NCBI GenBank assembly: GCA_050251195.1
Contig: JBFWNG010000013.1
Span: 15,331-79,330, forward strand
Length of the DNA stretch: 64,000 bases
From: Oligoflexales bacterium
Lineage (GTDB): Bacteria; Bdellovibrionota_B; Oligoflexia; Oligoflexales; Oligoflexaceae
Reading direction: 5' to 3'
The position numbers were made by a program, and so were the translations under genes. Shown here one piece after another: positions 58,361-64,000 of the stretch (positions are counted from its first letter, which is position 1; each line of letters opens with the position of its first letter). The notes under the pieces were generated by a model. That model worked only from the letters and a program-made list of their open reading frames with translations, was not told the DNA's origin and searched no databases.

Positions 58361-59905
58361 GTGTCGATGCTGATGTGGCGGTTGTTCGTCTTTGCTGTAC
58401 TCGCCGTTGTCGAGCTGCCTATCCATTCGCAGTTTCAAGCCCAGGCTGAACCCTGGTTGGCAAGTCGTTACGCACAAAATTGTGCTGCTTGCCATGCGCC
58501 GGGTAGAAAGAACCTTAGGTCCCAGGATCGTCGGTGCTCCGCTACTTGTCAATCGTGTCACGTAAATCCAAACGGCGGAGGACTGCGAAGCTTTTACGGC
58601 AAATGGAACGAAAACCGATGGCTTCGGTCATGGGGCAACGCGACCTTCAAGAGCGAAGAGGTACCAGCGCCGCTTAAGGAGCAGCCATACGCAGGCAAGA
58701 GAAAACGAAAGGCGAAGAGGCTGCAACGAATCTTTGCCAAGGGATTCGTGATGGAGGGGCTCAGAGGCGAACCGAAGAGCGAAAATCCCTATAACAGGGA
58801 TCACGATTCCAACTACCAAACGCCGGCCAGAAACCGTTACGACTTCTTGTACTCCATACCGCAGCACGATCCGTATCGACAGTTGGTCGACTTAGGCAAA
58901 ATCGACGGAGGCAGCGACATTCGCTTTGCGACAATTATTCCACAATCCACCCAATCTTCCCAAGGTCCTGTCGAAAAAGAAAAGACGAGGCACTTTATAA
59001 TGAGCGCCGATTTCGGAATACGCTGGAGGCCGGTGAACAGGCGTTATCACCTTGTCTACGAGACTCGCTGGAGGGGAGACCCAACGGGCGATAATTTGGA
59101 CGCGCAAGTTACTGCTAATAATTTAGACACTCGTTCCCTCTATTTCTTGGCGGAGGACCTGCCCTATAACATGTTTGTCATGGCTGGGTATTATCGGCCG
59201 CTTTTTGGCAACTATGTTCCCGATCATACCACCTTGGGACAAAGGATGATGGCCTATATCCTAACAGACACCCCAATGGCGTATTCGTTTATTTATAGGG
59301 CGATATCGGTCGGCGCTGCGCCTTTCGGCCATGCGTCTACTATTCCCTATTTCAACCTTCACTATATCGGCGATAATGTCGGACCAGGTGCCCAACAGGT
59401 CAAAAGCGGCGGAGACAATACCAACGGCTACGCCGCCAATATTGGTATGCGTTTCGTGTCTTATGGGGCTTCGGTGAATTATTCGTTGTGGCGGACGAAG
59501 CACACACGGGATAACGTGTTTATAGGCAAAGTCGACATTTTGATGCATGCTTTCGGCATGATGGGACAGCTTCTCGACAAACGCCTTTTTTTAAGTTTGG
59601 AAGCAATTTCCATGGAAAAGGACGACGTTACGGAAAGTTTCAGAAAAGGCGGAGTGATCATCCTAGACTCCAAGTACCGGATGTGGCGAGAACTTTGGGC
59701 GACGCTGGAATACTCTAAAGCAAATACTTCCCACGATTTAAAGCCGGGATCTGCGAATCAATTGAAGGCTGGTGTAAGAATGTTTATGATACCAGGTATC
59801 GATTATTCGTTTCAGTATACCAAGGATGCGAATAGTTACGACGATCCAGAGGCGGACAGCAGAAAGACGGCTTATCTGATAAGTCAGTTGCACACTTATT
59901 TTTAA
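58361..59905 (+). CDS. Secreted protein with two N-terminal CXXCH haem-binding motifs fused to a large beta-rich (possibly outer-membrane barrel) domain
   Basis: Signal peptide. CAACH at aa 41-45 and CQSCH at aa 63-67. About 440 aa are rich in aromatic/Gly alternation and end ...SQLHTYF (terminal Phe). Confidence 0.6.
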   Translation: MSMLMWRLFVFAVLAVVELPIHSQFQAQAEPWLASRYAQNCAACHAPGRKNLRSQDRRCSATCQSCHVNPNGGGLRSFYGKWNENRWLRSWGNATFKSEEVPAPLKEQPYAGKRKRKAKRLQRIFAKGFVMEGLRGEPKSENPYNRDHDSNYQTPARNRYDFLYSIPQHDPYRQLVDLGKIDGGSDIRFATIIPQSTQSSQGPVEKEKTRHFIMSADFGIRWRPVNRRYHLVYETRWRGDPTGDNLDAQVTANNLDTRSLYFLAEDLPYNMFVMAGYYRPLFGNYVPDHTTLGQRMMAYILTDTPMAYSFIYRAISVGAAPFGHASTIPYFNLHYIGDNVGPGAQQVKSGGDNTNGYAANIGMRFVSYGASVNYSLWRTKHTRDNVFIGKVDILMHAFGMMGQLLDKRLFLSLEAISMEKDDVTESFRKGGVIILDSKYRMWRELWATLEYSKANTSHDLKPGSANQLKAGVRMFMIPGIDYSFQYTKDANSYDDPEADSRKTAYLISQLHTYF

Positions 59906-59908
59906 GCG

Positions 59909-60895
59909 TTGGGGTATATGGCTTTAGGAAAATTAGCGCTATTATTATGTGCATGGGGGTTTTGTTCGGACCTTCTGGCAGGGTACGTTAAGGCAGCTCA
60001 GGTGAAAAGATGGGGCGGCGAGTTTCTTCCCCCAAATACCGGTGCGTTTGCGCTTCTGCTCGATACAGAAGGATTTCCTTTGGTGTCCAAAACAGGCGAG
60101 TTCTCGAGCGATGCGAATCTGTTTCTTCGCGAAAAGAGAACCAAGGCTCTCTATGTATACAACCAAAAAGTGCCACAAAGTAACCCCGGTCAAAGGTTCG
60201 TCTTTTTGTTGCCAGCCGGAGACTACGTCGTCGACCGAATAGAGCTTGTCGACCATCAGGGTAAGTTGCGCAAGTGGTCACCTCGAAAGTCGAAGGTTAT
60301 CTACGTTAGAGCTCTAACGCTGGCGCAGCTCGGGGTGTGGCAAATCGCGCCGTACAAATCGGATCTGAAAGTGAAGTTCAAAATGGATCAGAAACACATC
60401 CGGCCCAAGGACCTGGTTGAAGGGGACAAGACGTTTATGGCCTTTATCGATGGCTTTACGGGTAAGGTCGTTGGAAAGTATGGCGGCAAGGCAGTTTATG
60501 AGGCGTCACTCGATGAATTTGGGGAAGAGGATGAGTTAAGAAGTTCCTATACAGTTCAAACAAGGATCGCTGTTGTCTTTAAGCTCACCCTTCGCGGCGG
60601 CAGCAAGCCTGAATACGCCGACGTCTCAACAATCTTGTCTGTAAACGACACAAATATTCGAGGTTGTTACACCTCCGGTCTCGAAGTGAACGAGAAAATT
60701 AAGGGAACGGTAAAGTTCAACTTCGTTCTATCCAAAGCAACTGGCACGATGAAAAACGTGAAGCATTCGGGCGGGACCTTGCAGACCCAAAAGGTTATTT
60801 CCTGCTTGTATTATGAATTAGGAGCGATTAAATTTCCTATAAACAGAGACATTAGCGGCAATGTGCAATACCTTTTTCAATCCGAAACAGTATAG
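59909..60895 (+). CDS. Secreted protein with an AgmX/PglI-type (TonB-C-like) C-terminal domain
   Basis: Signal peptide. C-terminal IRGCYTSGLEVNEKIKGTVKFNFVLSKATGTMKNVKHSGGTL..KVISCLYYELGAIKFP resembles the AgmX/PglI C-terminal pattern. Confidence 0.5.
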   Translation: MGYMALGKLALLLCAWGFCSDLLAGYVKAAQVKRWGGEFLPPNTGAFALLLDTEGFPLVSKTGEFSSDANLFLREKRTKALYVYNQKVPQSNPGQRFVFLLPAGDYVVDRIELVDHQGKLRKWSPRKSKVIYVRALTLAQLGVWQIAPYKSDLKVKFKMDQKHIRPKDLVEGDKTFMAFIDGFTGKVVGKYGGKAVYEASLDEFGEEDELRSSYTVQTRIAVVFKLTLRGGSKPEYADVSTILSVNDTNIRGCYTSGLEVNEKIKGTVKFNFVLSKATGTMKNVKHSGGTLQTQKVISCLYYELGAIKFPINRDISGNVQYLFQSETV

Positions 60896-60904
60896 GAGGG
60901 GAGT

Positions 60905-61189
60905 ATGGAAAATTTTGACGAAATAAAGGCAAACATTAAAGACAGGAGTACGTGGGTTGTCGGTTTTTTCATTCTAGTATTTTTGCTTCTCGGCGGCCTA
61001 GCTAAAGCGATTACATGTGTTTTAGCTCTGTTCCAATTTATCCATACGCTTATTACTCGAGAACCTAATGCGCACTTGATTCGGTTCGGTCGATCTTTGA
61101 GCGAGTGGATCTATCAAATCGCTCTTTACGTGACGTTTAACTCCGCTGAAAAACCGTTTCCGTTTAGTGACTGGCCTAAGCCTCTTTAG
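60905..61189 (+). CDS. Small membrane protein, DUF4389-like
   Basis: Two hydrophobic helices and a C-terminal ...EKPFPFSDWP motif. Confidence 0.55.
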   Translation: MENFDEIKANIKDRSTWVVGFFILVFLLLGGLAKAITCVLALFQFIHTLITREPNAHLIRFGRSLSEWIYQIALYVTFNSAEKPFPFSDWPKPL

Positions 61190-61200
61190 TTGCGGAGGGG

Positions 61201-61230
61201 TGAGGTCCTTCGCTGCGCTCAGGATGACGG
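61201..61230 (+). repeat. Dispersed intergenic repeat, family A copy
   Basis: TGAGGTCCTTCGCTGCGCTCAGGATGACGG, 12 nt after the stop at 61189. It overlaps the last 4 codons of egtD on the other strand. Confidence 0.6.
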
Positions 61231-62190
61231 AGAAGGCTTCAAGACAAATTCGGCAAAGTATTTCTTGGGATCGGTAAAAACGGCTTCGACATCGAAACCG
61301 TTTTCTTTAGTAAAATTGCAAAAAGATTTTATTTCGTACTTGCGGGAGAATTCAGTACAAATGCTCTCGCCTTGCTCAAAATGAAACATCTCTCCTTTTA
61401 TTGCCACCTCTTGGTTGATCTTGCTGACGAGGTGCATTTCGATACGTTGCGACGTTTCGTTGTAATCCGCCCTATGTTCGAAGCCTTTTAAATCGAAATT
61501 GGCTCCTATTTCGTTGTTCACTCGTTCGAGAAGATTCAGATTAAATCGCGAGGTAACCCCTTTGGAATCGTTATAGGCCTTTTGTAACGTCGTGCGATTT
61601 TTTACAAGATCGAGACCGACGATAAAAAGACCGTCGCCGTTAAGGATCTCCCGAACGAGTTGGAAAAGGCTTCTTGTTTCTTCCGAACTCATATTCCCGA
61701 GTGTTGAACCAGGAAAAAAGACAGCCTTGTTTGGATACCCCTTCTGAAGTTCTGGGGGGAAGGCAAGCTTTTGATAGTCGGCGCATATTGCGGAAATTTT
61801 CACGTCGGGAAAGAGCACGTTCAACTGTTTGCAGGATTTGAGAAGATGTTCGTATGATATGTCTACCGGTGCGTAGGCTCTTACCTTTCTTGAGACCTTC
61901 AGAATCCGCTGAATCTTGCTGATATTGCCGCTTCCCAATTCAATAAGAAGGGTGTCGTGGCGGAAGAGAGCGTCGATTTTTTCGGCGTACGTGTCGAGGA
62001 TGCTGCTTTCCGTCCGTGTAGGGTAATATTCCTTTAGGCAGCAAATTTTGTCAAAAAGTTTAGACCCTCTCTCGTCATAGAAGTATTTCGACGGAATATG
62101 TTTCGGATTATCGCGCAGACCTTGGACCACGTCAGCGAAAAAGTTGCTTTTAGCGGGTTCTAGGTTGTAGAAGTCTATTGTTTGTTGCAT
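61219..62190 (-). CDS. egtD: L-histidine N-alpha-methyltransferase EgtD
   Basis: YFYDERGSKLFDKICCLKEYYPTRTE and LIELGSG motifs. Adjacent to egtB. Confidence 0.9.
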   Translation of the reverse strand: MQQTIDFYNLEPAKSNFFADVVQGLRDNPKHIPSKYFYDERGSKLFDKICCLKEYYPTRTESSILDTYAEKIDALFRHDTLLIELGSGNISKIQRILKVSRKVRAYAPVDISYEHLLKSCKQLNVLFPDVKISAICADYQKLAFPPELQKGYPNKAVFFPGSTLGNMSSEETRSLFQLVREILNGDGLFIVGLDLVKNRTTLQKAYNDSKGVTSRFNLNLLERVNNEIGANFDLKGFEHRADYNETSQRIEMHLVSKINQEVAIKGEMFHFEQGESICTEFSRKYEIKSFCNFTKENGFDVEAVFTDPKKYFAEFVLKPSPSS

Positions 62191-62219
62191 TTCTCCGTCG
62201 TTTCCGCTTTGCGATCAAT

Positions 62220-63542
62220 CTAGCAGGATAACGGAGTTCTTCTTGCCAATCTTATGCCACTAAGTTGCCAGCGGCTGTGGGGAGGGAAAAAATTCCGATA
62301 TGTTGGTCGGATATGACTTCTGGGCGTTATTGATGAGCCGCCCCGTAACACCATTTGATTGCACATAAATTTGCCGTTGTACTCTCGGGGCATTCCCGGA
62401 AAAGGTTGGAAGCCAGGGTATTCGCTGTAAGGCGAAGCAGTCCATTCCCAAGTGTCTCCATAAAATTGGGAGCTTGCTCCGCTTGTTTGGTCCAGAGCAG
62501 ACGGTTCGAGCCAATCGTTGGCGCTTTCCGCCTCGTCGTCGAGGAGGTGGCCGATAATTGGTCGGTGGCGAGCGACGGTCTCCCATTCGCTTTCTGTCGG
62601 TAGGCGGGAGCCGGCCCAACGAGCAAACGCATCAGCTTCGAAAAAGCTGACGTGGCAAACGGGGTCGGAGTTTTGTATTGATTGCAAGCCGTGTAAAGTA
62701 AAAACCTCCCAACTTTCTGTATCTTGTTTGTACCAGTACAAGGGAGAGTTGATGTTATTTTGAGTCACCCATTGCCAGCCTTCTGAGAGCCAGAGCAAGG
62801 GGTCGCGATAGCCTCCGTCTTCCATGAATTCTATAAACTCCAGATTGGTCACCAAGTGAGAGCTGAGGAAACACTCGCCGATATACACCCTGTGCGCCGG
62901 CATTTCGTTGTCGAAGCAGAATGCTTCGGCGTTGTGTCCGACGATGTGTACCCCTTGGTTGACGGGCAGCCACGCTACGGGGGCTTGGTTCAAGAGGCCC
63001 GTGGGACGCCTTGCGGGAAGATAGGTTGGCAACATTGGATTTTGGGCAAAATTATATTTCTGATCCATGAGGATGAGTTCTTGGTGCTGTTGCTCGTGAT
63101 GTATGCCGAGTAGGATTCTTTTGGCGAGGCTTTCGGAGAAGTTGGCGTTTAGATACTCCAATGCGGTTTTGATTTCATTATCCACATGCTGCCGATAGGC
63201 ATACACTTCGGCCACTGTCGGTCTGGACAGAAGCCCCCGATTCTTACGCTCAAATAATTTTCCGGCCGCGTGGTAGTAGGAGTTAAATAGCAAGAGGTAA
63301 TCGTTGGAGTAAGGACGATAATGTGGAAAGTACTCCATCAAGACGAACTTCTCGAAGAACCAACTGGCATGGGCGAGGTGCCACTTTGCAGGACTTACGT
63401 CCGTCATGCTCTGAAGTCCGAAGTCTTCGATAGCGAGGGGAGAGCAAAGCCTTTCCGTGAATCTCCGGGTTCGGAGAAAAGCATCTCCAAGAGAAAGGGG
63501 ATCAAGTGAATGATTCGAGAGGTTGACGTCTGCGCTTGTCAT
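62220..63542 (-). CDS. egtB: Ergothioneine biosynthesis sulfoxide synthase EgtB (DinB_2 plus FGE-sulfatase-like domains)
   Basis: GIHHEQQHQELI iron-binding region. GDTWEWTASPYSEYPGF and MVLRGGS motifs. Confidence 0.9.
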   Translation of the reverse strand: MTSADVNLSNHSLDPLSLGDAFLRTRRFTERLCSPLAIEDFGLQSMTDVSPAKWHLAHASWFFEKFVLMEYFPHYRPYSNDYLLLFNSYYHAAGKLFERKNRGLLSRPTVAEVYAYRQHVDNEIKTALEYLNANFSESLAKRILLGIHHEQQHQELILMDQKYNFAQNPMLPTYLPARRPTGLLNQAPVAWLPVNQGVHIVGHNAEAFCFDNEMPAHRVYIGECFLSSHLVTNLEFIEFMEDGGYRDPLLWLSEGWQWVTQNNINSPLYWYKQDTESWEVFTLHGLQSIQNSDPVCHVSFFEADAFARWAGSRLPTESEWETVARHRPIIGHLLDDEAESANDWLEPSALDQTSGASSQFYGDTWEWTASPYSEYPGFQPFPGMPREYNGKFMCNQMVLRGGSSITPRSHIRPTYRNFFPPHSRWQLSGIRLARRTPLSC

Positions 63543-63673
63543 ATCCTAAGCCTCATTAACCGCGTTCATCCTAGGAAAATGAGGTTTATTAGTAAAGGCG
63601 TTTGTTCTAGAATGGCGTCATAACCATTGGTGAGGCGCTGCGGATGCCCGTTCGTCTCGGACAACTTTTTCGC

Positions 63674-64000
63674 ATGGAGCGCAAAGAACAAATGAATATT
63701 CCTGCCGCTGTCGTCCTGTTGTTTAGCTTTTTTGGTAGTCCTGCCGCTTTCTCCCAAGGGTCGAAAAACGACGACCATAGGATTCCAAAAAGTCAGATAA
63801 TGTATCGGGTTAAGGATTTTCGGCAAACTTATGACAATATTACCAACAAGGAGCATTTGGCAATTAAGATCACCCCGCCTGCCAAGATGGGGCCCAAAGA
63901 GTATGTTATTGCCGAGATTTACAATCATACGAAGACCGAACTAAACTTCATGCAATTTGATTTGCGCTTAGAGAGCAAAAGCTATTATGAACTCAACGCG
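63674..64000 (+). CDS. Secreted hypothetical protein, N-terminal 109 codons (continues beyond right edge)
   Basis: Not in the ORF track because no stop lies inside the window. The frame is open from ATG 63674 (or 63692) to the window end. Signal peptide MNIPAAVVLLFSFFGSPAAFSQG. Confidence 0.55.
   Translation, partial: MERKEQMNIPAAVVLLFSFFGSPAAFSQGSKNDDHRIPKSQIMYRVKDFRQTYDNITNKEHLAIKITPPAKMGPKEYVIAEIYNHTKTELNFMQFDLRLESKSYYELNA

Noticed and set aside
63566-63928. 120-aa minus-strand ORF.
   Set aside because: It is antisense to an open plus-strand frame that has a clear signal peptide, and it has no features of its own.

Overview
This is a 64-kb chromosomal segment from a Gram-negative (diderm) bacterium with mid-range GC. 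I see about 55 protein genes. I found no rRNA, tRNA, CRISPR array, transposase or integrase. All domain calls come from reading motifs in the translations; no database search was possible.

Recognisable housekeeping genes:
- recJ, truncated at the left edge and absent from the ORF track
- htpG, a delta-9 acyl desaturase and a LOG-family protein
- a MoxR-DUF58-VWA-VWA operon
- a heterodimeric ABC exporter pair, fabI and a small c-type cytochrome
- a yitJ-like homocysteine methyltransferase/MTHFR fusion
- trpS, clpS-clpA and a motA/motB-type stator
- a TPP riboswitch followed by thiC-thiO-thiS-thiG-thiDE
- transaldolase, an O-methyltransferase, tatB and egtB-egtD (ergothioneine)

Between these lie many secreted or lipoprotein genes of unknown function.

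Best candidates for undescribed biology:
1. An envelope island at 1.2-10.4 kb. It centres on a 946-aa collagen-like protein with about 223 uninterrupted Gly-X-Y triplets, divergently paired with a MIDAS/VWA lipoprotein. It is flanked by SH3b and M23 lipoproteins and by a lipoprotein carrying D/K/Y tandem repeats.
2. A five-gene unit at 33.9-40.6 kb that ends in a strong terminator. It encodes a GT2-like protein, a PilT-like protein with degenerate ATPase motifs and a duplicated N-domain, and a poly-Asp/Lys lipoprotein.
3. A protein at 58.4-59.9 kb with two CXXCH haem motifs fused to a large, probably outer-membrane domain, followed by an AgmX/PglI-like gene and a DUF4389-like gene.
4. Two families of short dispersed intergenic repeats, often immediately after stop codons, including a roughly 110-bp long-stem inverted repeat.

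The gene content (many lipoproteins, an AgmX/PglI-type domain, an orphan Flp pilin and an orphan GspC-like gene) loosely suggests a Bdellovibrionota/Oligoflexia-like or delta-proteobacterium-like organism. This is inference only.
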